Assembly: GCA_964499705.1 (NCBI GenBank)
Contig: CAZCME010000015.1
Location: 1-64,000, forward strand
Source of the DNA: an uncultured bacterium
GTDB taxonomy: Bacteria > UBA8481
DNA: 64,000 nt
Direction of reading: 5' to 3'
Shown: positions 37,345 through 49,800 of the stretch, piece by piece
How the letters are laid out: each line of letters begins with the position of its first letter
Position numbering within the stretch: the first letter of the stretch is position 1
Notes under the pieces: model-generated
Seen by the model: the letters and a program-made list of their open reading frames with translations, nothing else
Told to the model about the DNA's origin: nothing
Database searches by the model: none
Made by a program: the position numbers and the translations under genes

Positions 37345-38967
37345 ATGCTCCGCGCGTGGAGCGCTCTTGCGCTGATCTTCTGCGCCGCCGCGATCGCGGG
37401 CGCCGCCGTCCAGGTGAGCCGCGTGGAGAACGCCGGGGAGGATGAACCGGAACTGTATGACGTCACCTTCACCTTCCGGTATCCCTACGCCGATTCTGTG
37501 TATGTTCTGGGGACCTTCAACGGCTGGGAACTGGCCGACTCCAGCTCCATGGTTCGTAGCGGAGATAGCTGGGTCAAGACGGTGCGACTCGCGCGCGGCG
37601 ATTACCAATACAAGTTCCGGGTGATCGACAACCCTCCGCTGGCGGATGACGGCTGGATGCACGATCGCGAGAATCCGCAATATGCCGTCAATGAGTTCGG
37701 CACATTCAACTCGCTTGTGTCAGCGGGAGGACTGCTCGGCGCGTTTCACAACCGGGAATTCGCTTCGATCGAGGACGCCATCCTGAAGCTGGTGGAACAT
37801 CAATCGGACCGGCGCGAAGCGCGGAAGTTGAGCGCGCTGTATGAATCTCTCGTTCCCAGGGTGGATGAGGAGACATGGAACAGGCTCGACGAATGGGCGA
37901 CGGCGTCTCCAGAATTCCACGGTGTCCATATTTTGCGCGGGACATTTCTCATCGATCGAGCCTGGAAGTCGCGCGGATCAGGATGGGCATATACCGTCGC
38001 GGATGACAGCTGGGCCATGTTCAAGGCGGATCTGGACGCGGCCAGGGTGGAGCTGGAGAAGGCCTTCAGGCTCGAGCCCCGCGATCCCAATTCCTCGGCT
38101 TATCTCATCACAGTGTCGATGGGACAAGGATCGTCCTACGAGGTCATGGACGCGCACTTCATGGACGCGATTCAGGCATCGCCCGCTCACACGTCAGCGC
38201 ACATCCGGAAGGCTCAATACCTCTACGGGCGCTGGATGGGTCGGGGCACGCAGCTGCGGGATTTCGTCCGCGAATTCGCGGAAAAAATCCGCGACAATCC
38301 GGATCTGTTCACCGTCGCCCTCAACGCGCACCGGGACCTCTACAATTATCCGCAGAGAAATCCTGAATATTACCGCCTTCCCGGAGTCTGGGACGAGCTG
38401 CTGCTTGTCTATGGTTACGCCTTCGAGTCGCACCCGGACAAGGATTACGTGTATACCAATTTCATTCACGATGCCATGCGGGCCGAACCGCGCGCGCAGC
38501 GGCCCGTCCAGGCCAATCGCTTGAAGATAGACCGCGTCTACTGGGCGGAGATGAACGATCTCGCGTACATGCTGGCGACGCATCCGCGCGCCGATCATCG
38601 CCGGGGCGACGCCGCGGTTGCGATCGCGCTTCGTGTTACCGGGATCGTCCGGCTGCCGCAGACGCTCGATACGCTATCCGCCGCTTACGCCGAGGAGGGC
38701 GATTTCGCCTCCGCTCTCCAGGTGATGGACGAGGCTCTCAAGATGCCGATGGCCGATAAGCTGCGGCGCGAGCTTGCGGCGCACGCGGAGACGTTGAGGC
38801 GCGGCGAGCCGATTCGCGAAGGCGCGGCCCGGGCGGCGTCACCGGACAGGCAGAACCCGGGCAAGGAGAAGAAACCGTCCGTGGCTCCGGAAGAGGGGAG
38901 ACAGGTCCCGAAAGAAGACTATGACGACAGGATCAGGCCTTCCGAGTCCATCAGCAATACGATATGA
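37345..38967 (+). CDS. Exported protein with CBM48/AMPK-like glycogen-binding domain, DUF4034-like helical domain and TPR-like tail
   Basis: Signal peptide; VYVLGTFNGW...YQYKF...W.HD..NP; AWKSRGSGWA motif; LDTLSAAYAEEGDF. Confidence 0.7.
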   Translation: MLRAWSALALIFCAAAIAGAAVQVSRVENAGEDEPELYDVTFTFRYPYADSVYVLGTFNGWELADSSSMVRSGDSWVKTVRLARGDYQYKFRVIDNPPLADDGWMHDRENPQYAVNEFGTFNSLVSAGGLLGAFHNREFASIEDAILKLVEHQSDRREARKLSALYESLVPRVDEETWNRLDEWATASPEFHGVHILRGTFLIDRAWKSRGSGWAYTVADDSWAMFKADLDAARVELEKAFRLEPRDPNSSAYLITVSMGQGSSYEVMDAHFMDAIQASPAHTSAHIRKAQYLYGRWMGRGTQLRDFVREFAEKIRDNPDLFTVALNAHRDLYNYPQRNPEYYRLPGVWDELLLVYGYAFESHPDKDYVYTNFIHDAMRAEPRAQRPVQANRLKIDRVYWAEMNDLAYMLATHPRADHRRGDAAVAIALRVTGIVRLPQTLDTLSAAYAEEGDFASALQVMDEALKMPMADKLRRELAAHAETLRRGEPIREGAARAASPDRQNPGKEKKPSVAPEEGRQVPKEDYDDRIRPSESISNTI

Positions 38968-38993
38968 CGCGGTTGCTCCGGCTGGAGTGAGAG

Positions 38994-41585
38994 GTGGAAG
39001 GGGAGCCCGACGCTGAGCAATCGGGGCGTTCGATTATCGCTGCATCGTTGACGGAGGATGCGCCGATTCCGGAGTCGGGCCCGGCTTTGATACCTGTCGC
39101 GCGCCGCCGGGGCTTTTTCGAATGGTTCGCCGCGTCGTATGACGCGATCATCTTCGCGATACTCCTGTTTGAATATCTCTTCATTCAACTCGTCTTCACG
39201 ACGTACACCCAGAACATCGTCATCATGAAGGAGATCGCTCTCTTCGTCTGCCCTTTATCGATCTTGTCGGTCTGGTTGATCGGCGACTTCGCCCGCTACG
39301 GCCGCTTTAATCTTCCACGACATGGGTTTGTAAGCGTCTCGGTGGCCGCGCTTCTGTTTTGGGGAGCGTTGGTCTTCGCGTCGCCCTCGACACCGATAGC
39401 GGTCTACTATTGGGGATTCTACTTTTCGCTCTTCGTCAACGTCTGGGCCATTCTCAAGGTGCTCGACTCAACACTTCGGCTGATGGTCCTGCTGAGAATC
39501 GTGCTCGTCACGAATGTGCTGATGATTCTGTACGGATTGAATCAGCTTTGCGGAAGCGATGTCCTCGTGGAGCTGGGCGTCATTCCGGACTGGGGATCGA
39601 ATGTCTTCGTTTCGACCTACGGCAGCCCGAATTTCTTCTCCGGTTACATGATCGTCACCGTTCCGCTGCTCGTGGGGTACTGGTTCCTGACGCGGAATCT
39701 GTTTCTCCGCCTCTTCCTGCCGGCACTCGTCGCCGTCAATCTCTTCGAGATCGTGAAGTCGACGGCGCGCGGAGCTTACATGGCAATGGCGTGGTATCTC
39801 GTCCTGTATCCGGTTCTGCTTGTCCTGGGGCGAGGTGTCCGCAGCATCGCGGACGACTACGATTGGAAACGAATCCTCCGCACCGGCATGATGATCCTGG
39901 TCATGGTGGCGTTGATCCTCGCCGTCGTTGCGCCGCATAAGACGCGCGAATTCGGCACCCAGGTCTATCAGCAGTTTTACTCGTTATGCGACTTCGAGGG
40001 GAATTACACCAACTGGGTTCGGATGGTCTTCTTTCAGATGGGGATCGATGGAGCTTTGCGCGCGCCTTTCTTCGGCCGCGGACTGGGCAGCTTCAATTTC
40101 CAGATGCCCGAGTCTCGCGCTATCTGGTATCACCGGACAGGCGTGTCGCATAATACGGATCACCCTCACAACGAGCACTTCGAGTGGCTCCACGACACCG
40201 GGATCTTCGGCCTCACGTTTTTCTGGGCGATTCTCGCTGCTTATGGCTGTCTCGGGCTCCGCGGCATTCGCCGTCATCGTGGCGGAATATTCTATGCCTT
40301 TCTCATATCCGCCTTCATGGGTCCGTGGAATGAATGGTGGCAGTCCACGTTCGATGTCGAGTCGCGCTGGACGGGGCCGGCTTTGACGCAGTGGTTCAGC
40401 GTCGGGATCGTTCTCGCGGTCGCAAGACTCCCCTTGATCCGGACCCGGGAGGAACTGGAACACGCATGCGCGGAGCGGCGACCCGCGCCTCCTGTTCCGA
40501 TCGGTTCGGAATTTCTGCCGCTCGTCATCATCGCGTGCGCTCTACCGCTCTATTTCCTCTGTTATGTATGCTACGACTTCTGGATGGCCGATCATCATCT
40601 CAGGAACAACATGGCGTATACGGACGCCAACCAGGGGAGCGTCAACAGCGCGCTCCACGAAGCGGAAACCGCGCGGTCGCTCTGCTACATGAACCCGTCG
40701 AACTATTACAAGCTCGCCTACACGTATCTCGTCGCGGGCCAACTCGAACATGCCATGAATTCCTACCGCGATCTTCAGTCCTTCGCGCCCAACTACGCGC
40801 AAATCCATATCAACCTCGCGTTCCTTAACGATCAGATGGGACTTCGAACGGCCTCCGCCTGGGAACGTGATCGCGCCGCGACGATCGAGCACAACACGAA
40901 GAATCATCGCGACGCGGCGCAATACTGGCTGCAACTGGGCGATTCGAATCGCGCTCTCGCTCATTTGAGACACTGTTTCACGATCGAGCTGGATCGGCTG
41001 GAAGATGGGTATCACTTCTGGTACGATCACGACAACCTCCGGTCGGAAGCGGCGCGAATTTACATGCAACGCGGCGAGAGAACGATTGCCGAGATGGAAC
41101 TGGCGCTTGCGCTCCAATCGAATCCGAACAATGTCCTTGCCGCCGTGCTTCTGACGCAGCTCCGCACGGAGGAGCAGGATCACGAGCGGACGACGGAACT
41201 GGAGGAGATGCTCCAGAAGTACGCGCCAGCGAATCCCGCGCTCCTCCTCCTGAAAATGTCCCGCGCCGTCGCCTCGAGGGATTATGCTACCGCATTGCTG
41301 ATCGCGGACGAGGCGTCTTCAGGGCTGCCGCTTCCTCCGCAGGGCGGTCAGCCTTCTCAGGAAACCGCCCACCTTGGAAATTCTCTTCTCTCGATGACCC
41401 AGGTCATTTTCGGAGCCCATCACGACCAGGCGAAATGTTTCGATATCGCCGGGTGGGTCTACGCGACGCAGGGGCGGTATGAGGAATCGGATCAATTTCT
41501 CGCGCGTGCCTTTATGATGACACAGGACGCCCGAACAGGGGAGAGACTGGGCAGAGTCAGGGCGGCGCGGAAGATCAAGCCGTGA
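38994..41585 (+). CDS. O-antigen ligase/Wzy_C-like membrane protein with TPR region
   Basis: Many TM helices; STYGSPNF, STARGA, PFFGRGLGSF, HPHNEHFE...GIFG; C-terminal TPR-like repeats. Confidence 0.8.
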   Translation: MEGEPDAEQSGRSIIAASLTEDAPIPESGPALIPVARRRGFFEWFAASYDAIIFAILLFEYLFIQLVFTTYTQNIVIMKEIALFVCPLSILSVWLIGDFARYGRFNLPRHGFVSVSVAALLFWGALVFASPSTPIAVYYWGFYFSLFVNVWAILKVLDSTLRLMVLLRIVLVTNVLMILYGLNQLCGSDVLVELGVIPDWGSNVFVSTYGSPNFFSGYMIVTVPLLVGYWFLTRNLFLRLFLPALVAVNLFEIVKSTARGAYMAMAWYLVLYPVLLVLGRGVRSIADDYDWKRILRTGMMILVMVALILAVVAPHKTREFGTQVYQQFYSLCDFEGNYTNWVRMVFFQMGIDGALRAPFFGRGLGSFNFQMPESRAIWYHRTGVSHNTDHPHNEHFEWLHDTGIFGLTFFWAILAAYGCLGLRGIRRHRGGIFYAFLISAFMGPWNEWWQSTFDVESRWTGPALTQWFSVGIVLAVARLPLIRTREELEHACAERRPAPPVPIGSEFLPLVIIACALPLYFLCYVCYDFWMADHHLRNNMAYTDANQGSVNSALHEAETARSLCYMNPSNYYKLAYTYLVAGQLEHAMNSYRDLQSFAPNYAQIHINLAFLNDQMGLRTASAWERDRAATIEHNTKNHRDAAQYWLQLGDSNRALAHLRHCFTIELDRLEDGYHFWYDHDNLRSEAARIYMQRGERTIAEMELALALQSNPNNVLAAVLLTQLRTEEQDHERTTELEEMLQKYAPANPALLLLKMSRAVASRDYATALLIADEASSGLPLPPQGGQPSQETAHLGNSLLSMTQVIFGAHHDQAKCFDIAGWVYATQGRYEESDQFLARAFMMTQDARTGERLGRVRAARKIKP

Positions 41586-41601
41586 TCGCGGTGTTCTCCC
41601 G

Positions 41602-42213
41602 CTACGGAGCGTCCGGCTGGTAGGCTTCGATGCCCAGCCGGATCCGGACTTCATCTCCGATGACAGCCGTCTCGGCGAAGCTTCCCGATCCCACGCCGAA
41701 ATCGTTCCGCTTGATCACGAATTCCGATATCGCTCCGGCAACCTGGTGGCCCTTCTTCGCGGGATGAGCTTTTATTCCCTCGAGTCGGAATGGAATCGTG
41801 ATCCGTTTCGTGACGCCGTGGATCGTCATGTCGCCTGTCACCTTGTACGTCGACTTGCCGGCGCGACGGAAGTGATCCGCCACGAAGGTCATGTCGGGAT
41901 ACTTTTCGACATCGAAAAAGTCAGCGCTTTTCAGATGCGAATCCCTCCGGTCGACTCGGGTGCTGATCGTCGCCACGGGGATGCGGACGTTCATCCGGCT
42001 GCCGGAAAGATTCTTCGGATCGAAGTTGAGCTTGCCGGAGAGCGATGAGAACGAACCGTAAACGGGAGTGAAGATATGCCGGACGGAAAACGTGATGCTG
42101 GAATGAGCCGGATCGATGGTCCATTCCGGCGCATCCTCCGCGTCTTGACGCTCCGCGATGGCCGCGAGCGGCGTGAAGATCAATAATGCAATAACCAGAC
42201 AGTTCCTGAACAT
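41602..42213 (-). CDS. YceI-family polyisoprenoid-binding periplasmic protein
   Basis: WTIDPAHSSITFSVRH, RDSHLKSADFFDVEKYP, GDMTIHGVTK, KRNDFGVG. Confidence 0.93.
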   Translation of the reverse strand: MFRNCLVIALLIFTPLAAIAERQDAEDAPEWTIDPAHSSITFSVRHIFTPVYGSFSSLSGKLNFDPKNLSGSRMNVRIPVATISTRVDRRDSHLKSADFFDVEKYPDMTFVADHFRRAGKSTYKVTGDMTIHGVTKRITIPFRLEGIKAHPAKKGHQVAGAISEFVIKRNDFGVGSGSFAETAVIGDEVRIRLGIEAYQPDAP

Positions 42214-42354
42214 GGAGTCCCTCCTCAGATGGTGTTGAATGACATTATAGGCTTCCCGGGCTGAAAAATGTTCGAACCCGAGCCGTAATATCCACTTGTC
42301 CGATTTCGTCGGGCAGGAATTGTGGAAAACCAGGGTCCTGATTCCACCGGGCGC

Positions 42355-43830
42355 TTATCGCCCCAGGTAATTCCTTGCCCAGCGATTCGTAGGGTTGACT
42401 TCCAGCGTCCTCTCGAAGGCTTCACGGGCGGACATCTCGTCGCCCAATTTCAGGCGGCTCATTCCGAGGTAGAACCACGCATCGCCGTCCGAAGGTTCGT
42501 GGCGCGCAACTTCCGCATACAGATGAGCGGCATCGTAAAAATCCTCCCTGTTGTACTGGATCGTCGCGAGATTATACAGCGCCGTGGTGTTGGCGGGATC
42601 CAGGAGGATAATCCTGCGATAAAGTCCGGCTGCATTTTCGACATCGCCCTTGTCGGAAGCATGTCTCGCGTCGATCAACAGGGCGTTGATCCGCTCTTCG
42701 ACCGGGACGACGTCGGCGGGCGTGGGCTTCGCGGGAGCCGAAAATACCGCTCGCGGCGGCGTCCTTTCTTCACCCGGCATCGCGCTCATCTTGGGGCGGC
42801 GTGGACCCTGCGAAACTTCGCGCCTCATCGTCTCTTCGAAGTAACCTGACCGCGCGACCTTCGGACGGACGGTGATCTCCCCGAATGCCCACTCCGCGGA
42901 GACACGATGCTCGTCACCCAGGTCTCCAAGCGGTATGAACGCGTAATCGATCTGCAGGTCCTTCATCCGGAATCCCGTTCCGAATGTGATTCCATATCCC
43001 GCTTCGTTCCGGCCGTCATAGCCCAGCCGGAGCGCGAGCGACACGACCGGCCGATACTCCACGCCTGCCTTGATGGCGCCTTCCATCGACCGCACCGCTT
43101 CGTAGTCCGCCGTGAGGAGCCACCGCCCGGTCGGTTGCCAGGCCGCGCCCAGGTCGAAGGTCAGCGGCAGCTTCTCCGGTTCGGTCTGGAACTTCGCGTT
43201 GGATCCGATATTCCGGACGGCGCCGCCGATTTTCAATCCCTCAATAGGAGATATGTACATTCCTGATAAGTCAACGGTGACGCCGCGCGCCGCGACATCG
43301 TCCAGTTCCAGGCTGTAGAAGGCGACGGAGCCGCCCAGGGAGATCCGATGGCTCACGAACCGGCCGTACGCCGCGCGCAACAGCCAGTCCGACGCTCCGA
43401 AGGTTCCCGCTCCCGTCTTCGATGTTGTGGTCGTCCTGACGATCGAACCGTAATCGAGGTAGGATATCGAAACGCCGAGGCCGCCGTCGAGCCATGGCGT
43501 TGTTCCCGCGAGATCGGACCGGTTGATATCGAGTATGGAGACAGCGTGCTGGGCGAAGAGCCGGAATCGATCGGTGCGTCCCGTTTCGTCTTCCGCTTCA
43601 TCCAGAAGGGAAAGCGAGGCCGGATTATACCGCACGGCAAGCGGTCCTTCGGCCACGGCGGAGTAGGCGCCGCCCAGGGCCGCCGGACGCGCGCCGACGA
43701 CTCCGCGCAGGAGCGCGTCGCCGGAGGAACTGCCCGCGCGGCCTCGTGCGGCGGCCGGCAGGACGGATGCAGCAAGAAGCGCCGCGGCGAAGAATACGCG
43801 GGTTCCTGCGGCCGACCGCCGGCTCGTCAT
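42355..43830 (-). CDS. PorV/PorQ-like (UPF0164) outer-membrane beta-barrel with C-terminal TPRs
   Basis: Signal peptide; GARPAALGGAYSA, YNPASL, LDYG, GVEY, LRLGY, IDYAFIP.GDLG..HRVS; ATGA overlap with the giant gene. Confidence 0.8.
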   Translation of the reverse strand: MTSRRSAAGTRVFFAAALLAASVLPAAARGRAGSSSGDALLRGVVGARPAALGGAYSAVAEGPLAVRYNPASLSLLDEAEDETGRTDRFRLFAQHAVSILDINRSDLAGTTPWLDGGLGVSISYLDYGSIVRTTTTSKTGAGTFGASDWLLRAAYGRFVSHRISLGGSVAFYSLELDDVAARGVTVDLSGMYISPIEGLKIGGAVRNIGSNAKFQTEPEKLPLTFDLGAAWQPTGRWLLTADYEAVRSMEGAIKAGVEYRPVVSLALRLGYDGRNEAGYGITFGTGFRMKDLQIDYAFIPLGDLGDEHRVSAEWAFGEITVRPKVARSGYFEETMRREVSQGPRRPKMSAMPGEERTPPRAVFSAPAKPTPADVVPVEERINALLIDARHASDKGDVENAAGLYRRIILLDPANTTALYNLATIQYNREDFYDAAHLYAEVARHEPSDGDAWFYLGMSRLKLGDEMSAREAFERTLEVNPTNRWARNYLGR

Positions 43831-46800
43831 CGGATCACCACGAGCTTGCCGGTCCGTCGCTCGCCCGACGGCGAGATGATGAGGTAGATGTAGACGCCGC
43901 TGGCCATCTTGATGCCGCGGGAATTCCGGACATCCCATTGCGCGCCTCCGGACGCGTCAACGGACACTTCCGCCGCCTGCTCCCCGAGAGCCGAGTAGAT
44001 CCTGATGATTGAACCCTGGGGCAGATTCTCGAAGGTAATGCCCGTGTTCGCGACTCCCGGGATGTACTCCGCGCCGTTAGTGGCGTCCCCGTCGTTCGGC
44101 TTGAATGGATTCGGATAAACGACGAAGGTCGCGAGATTCGTTGTCGCCGCGACCGGAGCGGCCAGAGTGAAGAAGGAGAAGTGACGCGTCCTGAAGCGCG
44201 CGGTCCCGGCGGTGAGATCGATCTCCGGGGCGCCGAGCTCCTCCCAGCGTCCCGTGTCGCTCGAATAAGTCCAGATCTTCAGATCGAAGACGGATACCTT
44301 CGATCCCTGGACGCTCACCTTGTTGTCGGCGTCGAGCTCGGGCAGCGGGATCGTGATCCAGACGTCGGCGCCGGGCTGCGAACTGTCGGAGAAAGCGACC
44401 TCGGCCACCAATCCCACTTCCTGCCGCTGCGAATTCCGGATCGCCTGCGTCTCGATGGGGCTGGTGGGCGAGAGAGCCACGCGCAGCTTGACGGGCCGGG
44501 TATCGGATGCCGCTGGAGCGGCGCCGGAATCGAGCATGACCTCGCAGCGCCGGCCCGACGGAGTGATCGCGACGATCGTATCCTGCCGGGTCCTGAAGAC
44601 GACATGGTCGACACGGAAGGTGTCCGCCGCGTGGTTCGCATCGCTGTGAACATTCGCGTCGTCGGCGTTGGAGACCAGTTCGATCCGGACAACCTCGGAC
44701 ATCGAATCGGCGGAGAACCCGCCCGAAAGCATCGGGATGGCGCGGATATCGACGAGGCCGTCCGCGAGGGCCTGCGCGTTCCAGTGGACGTTGGAATTTC
44801 CCGTGCCGCCGTAGGTCGTGGGATTCGACTGGCGCGAGGAAACGAGCATGTCGGTCCAGTTTCCGCCGGAGGGTCGGTACTGGAAGCGGACCGCCGCCAC
44901 CCCGGACTTCTGCGCCGGCGTTCCGAGAACGCGCGTCACAACCTCCACGCCGCCCGTGCGCGTGACGCGGTGTCCGGAATGCGGCGTGATGATCTGCGTC
45001 TGCGCATAAGGCGGAGCGCCGCCGAGAACGCGCACCTCGACGAGATTCGTATTGAGATCGGAATTTCCGAGCGCGTCGACGGATTGGATGCGAAATCGAT
45101 ATATCGAATCGGTTGCCAGGATGCCGGTGATGTATGTGATGGGACCCGCCGCTTGATGCGCGACATAGTCGAGGATGGTATCGGCGGATGTGCGAAGACC
45201 GGAGTCCCAGTAGATGCGATAGCCTCCTCCGGACATGTCGGAAGAAGGAGAAGGCTGCCAGGAGAGTTTGACTCCGCCGGTTTCCAACGCCACCCCGCGA
45301 AGCTCCAGAGGCGGCTGCGGCGGGATCGTGTCCGCCGGAACGGCGCGTTGGAAGGAACTGGCGGTGACGGCGCGGTTACCGAGCCGATCGACTGCGGCAA
45401 CCTGCCAGTAGATCGCGCCCGAATCCGAATGGGCGAGCAAAATCAACGCGTGCGTTTCCGTCGTCGTGTCATTTGCAATAAACGACGAGTAGCCCGGCGA
45501 ACGCGACAACTGGAGATTGTAGCGAACCTGGTTCGACGCAGCCGAGAGCGCAAGCGCAGAATTGCCGGCCGGAGTATCGAACGAAGCGTCCCATCGGAAA
45601 TCCAGCGTGGATGTCGTGATCGTCGCGCCGTTTGTCGGCGCGCGAAGGGGAGGATTCGACGGCGCCTGCGGATCGACGGCGAAAACGCGTGTTTCGGAAA
45701 CGACCTGATTGCCGAAGGAATCGCTCGCGATGACGCGCCAGGCCTGCCACGCGCTCGCCGTGAATAATATCATCGCGGATGTCTGCGCAAGCCCGGGCGA
45801 ATCGATCGCCAGCGAAGTGAACGAGGCATTGTTCGCGACCTGCAATCGATACATCACCGAACTGGAATCCGAAGACGGGCTCCACTGGAAGCGCAGCGAC
45901 GCCGAAGTTGTTTCCGCGCCATGCTCGGGTTGAATCAGCGTGAACGGAGACGGCGTATTGGACTCCGGATCGGTCCGAGCGGTCGCGATCGAATCAGAGT
46001 AGAAGGATTCATTCGGAAAGGGCGCGTGCGCATCGAAGGAAGTGACGCGATAGTATCGGCGGTCGCTCATCGCAAGACCCGAATCGTCGAACGATGTCGT
46101 CCCTGCGCCCACGGTTGCATGCCGCACCCAGAGCGAAGTATCTGCCGCAAGGGAACGATACAGATGGTATCCCGCCAGTCCGTGCGCCGCTTCCTGCTCC
46201 TCCGAACTCGACACCGCGGACCAAGTTACGCGGATCCCGCTTTGGCCGAGTGCCGCGGCCGTAACGGTCGTGGGAGCGCGAGGCGCGACCGTGTCCGAAC
46301 CGGCCGTCGTGTCCACGGTGCCAAGGCGGTACGGAGTGAAAGTAACCATCCCGGCCGTTCCCCATATGCGGCTTCTCAAGATTGAGCTGTCGACGGTGCC
46401 CCACCAGTTTCGCGCCATGGCAACGGAAGCGCTTCCCGCATTGAAGACGGCATAGCTCGTACCCGGAATCGCGAGATTATTCTTCTCAAATGTGTTTCCG
46501 CCGCCGAAGGCTCCAATCCTTACGTCATACTGCCCGCACCCGCGGATTTCGTTGCCGGAAACAAGATTCTGCGTTCCGGATGCGAGATGGATCCCGTCGA
46601 TCACGGAAGATTCGATGATATTGCCGGCAATTATGTTCCGGTCGGAAGCATCGCCGAAGAGGATGCCCGTGCTGTTTTCTCTGATGAGGTTTCCCGCGAC
46701 GATCGTACCGCGGGCAAGGGCGAGATCGATACCGCGATTCCCGATCGAAACGATCCTGTTCCACCGGATGATGTTGGAGTCGGATTTCAGGATGATGATG

Positions 46801-49800
46801 CCCCGGGACGCCTGGGTCCGGATGAGCGACGATTCGATCGTGTTGTTGTTATTCGGCGCATAAGTCGAATCCAGCGTCACGCCGTGGCTGGCGCCGTCGG
46901 AGATTTCAAGATCCCGCAGAACATTCCCGTCGGAACCCCGGACCAGGTATACGCCCGCCTCGTAGCAGCCGGAAGCGTTTGAGTTCTCGATGACCGACTG
47001 ATCGGTCGAGGTGAAGCGGATCCCATCGAATGCTCCGGCGGTTCCTACATTGCGGATGCGAACGCCGGCCACGCCGGTGCAGTGCAGCGCGAACAGGCCG
47101 GGAATCGAGGAATCCCCGGGAGGATCGATCCTGGTGGACGCGGAGTCCTTTCCGATGATCGCGATATTGCTCGTGGAAATAACGACAGCCTCCGCGAACA
47201 ACCCCGAGTCAACGAGGACGATATCCCCGGCGGAGAGAAGCGACATGACCGCCGCGATCGTCCGCTTTGGAGTAGCCATCGTCAGACCATTGTTGGCGTC
47301 GTTTCCGACGGCTGACGTGAAACTGTCGCCCGATGTCGATCCATCATTCACATACCAGAAGTTCGCGATGGAAGTATCGACGGCATCCGTTGTGGCGGAC
47401 GCGATCGAGTCGGAGTAGAAGCTTTGGTTCTCATATGGCGTCCAGGAGTCGACAGCCGTGACCCGATAGAACCATGTTGCGTTTGCCTGAAGGCCCGTGT
47501 CGTCATACGAAAGAGAAGCCGCCGCGACAGAGGCGAGCGGAGACCAATAGGATGTATCGGCAAGGGGGGAACGGTAGATCTTGTATCCAGCCAGGTTGGT
47601 CGAATAAGCGTCAGGCTCCTCGTCCATTATCGTCGGCGACCAAGAAACCCGGATCGACGTCGTCGTCAGCGGCGCCGCCATGACGGTGTCAGGAGCCTTC
47701 GGCGCCACTGTGTCGGCGCCGGGCGCCGTGTCCACGGGTCCGAGGCGATAGGGAATGAAAATAATGAAATCCCGGCCCGGACCGCGAATCTTCGACTTGA
47801 TCTGCAGCGAATCCGTCGTTCCCCACCAATTGCGAGGATAATCGAATCGCGCCGGCGTGTTATTATACAAGATGGAATCCGGTCGGGCGACGCTTCCGCT
47901 GAAGTTATTCTTGCGGCATGTATCGCCGCCCGACGCGCCGTCGATGGAGTGCGACCAAGCGGTATTCGCATACATCGCATTGGCTTCGAAACGATTGCTG
48001 TTGGACGATTCGAGCCTGAGACCATTCACCGCATTCATCGATGCCGTGTTCCGAAGGAAGACATTATTGTCCGCGCCGGTCGCAACGAAGAATCCGTAGA
48101 TCTTGTTAGAATCGGCGGCATTTCCGGCGAACGTGTTGTTCGTCGTCGCGTCGATGTAGATGCCGTAATTGAGATTCGAATCTGCGCGATTGTCCCGGAC
48201 CGTGTTGTACATCGTCTGCGCATGGAGATAGATGCCGACGGCGCCGTTGGAATCCGATACGTTGTTTGCGATCAGATTCGAATCGCAGCCATTCCTGAGA
48301 TAGATGCCATGCAGCCCGTTGAGACATGTGCGGTCGTTCCGAATCGTCGAGCGATCCACGTTATAGAACTTGATTCCCTCATACGCGCCTTGGATTCCCA
48401 GGCCTTGCACCGTGATTCCGGACTGCGTATCCGCATAGACTCCGAATAGGCCGACCGTTGCGCCGGAACCGGCCGGATCGATGACCGTCGAAAGCGAATC
48501 CTTTCCGACGATCCAGACATTATCGGTGTCGATCCTGGCGACCGCGAATTCCGAACTGTTCACGGAGGAATGGGAGTCAAACGTTCCCGCATCGATGTAG
48601 ACCGTGTCCCCAGAAGACAGAAGCGCCATGACGATATGCAGATCCCTTTTCGGCGTCGCGATCGTAAGCCCATCGTTGGCATTGTTTCCCACGGCGGATG
48701 TGAACGAATCCCCCGCGGTCGATGTGTCGTTGACATACCAGATATTAGGCCCGGAGGTATCTACTACTGAAGTGGACGCCGACGCAATCGAATCCGAGTA
48801 GAAGCTTTGATTCTCGAAAGGCGAGTGATTGTCAAAAGCGGTGACGCGATAGTGATAGGGCGTATTTGCGGCCAGGCCTGAGTCGGTGAAACTTGTCGAC
48901 GGAGTCGCGCCATGCAGGATCCAGAGCGATGTGTCGGCCGATGTCGAACGGAAGACGCGGTAGCCGGCCAGGTCGACCGAAGATTCGGCTTCTTCCGACG
49001 CCGTCACTGCTGCCCACGTGACTAGAATGCGAGATGAGTCGAGCGCGGCGGCTGTTACTGTATCGGGCGCGCGCGGCGCGACCACATCGGCGCCGCAGGC
49101 GGTGTCGATCATGCCGAGGCGGTACGGCCAGTAGACGATGGAGTCGCGGCCCAGTCCCCAGATCTTCGCCCTGATCGCGGCCGAGTCTGTGGTACCCCAC
49201 CAGTTGCGCGTGAAATCGAAGCGATTCAGCGTGCCATTGAACACCGCCGAATCGGGCGTCGCGATCGTTCCGAGAATCGTACTCTTGTTGACAGTGTCGG
49301 CCGATGAGGTGTCCTCGATATAGAAACCGGCGCCCCATCCCTCTTCCGTGGCGCTTGTCTGGTGTGTGAAGATGCGATTGTTCGAGCATTGCGAGAGCCT
49401 CACGCCTGGGTTTCGGTCCCGATTGATGTTATTGACGAGCAAATTGTGACTCCCGCCAAGAATCCAATAACCGGCTCCCCCCTGGTACCCGCCGGCTTGA
49501 TTGCATGTGAGCGTGTTCCATGAGCCGGCAATGAGAAAGGCATCTCCCACGTTGCTTTCAGAGCGGTTTTCCACGAATAGATTGGTGTCGGAACTGTTGA
49601 GGTAGACTCCGTAACCCGAGTTGTTGTTGATCTGGTTGAGACGGAACGTGTTTCGATTCGAAAGGCGCGAGTAGACGCCCATGGCCGTATTGATGACAAT
49701 TTGATTCCGCTCGAACGTGTTCGAGTCGCAACCGAAATTGAGGTAGATCCCATACTGAAGAGATCTCGTCACGGTGAGATCGGAAATGACGGACGAATCG

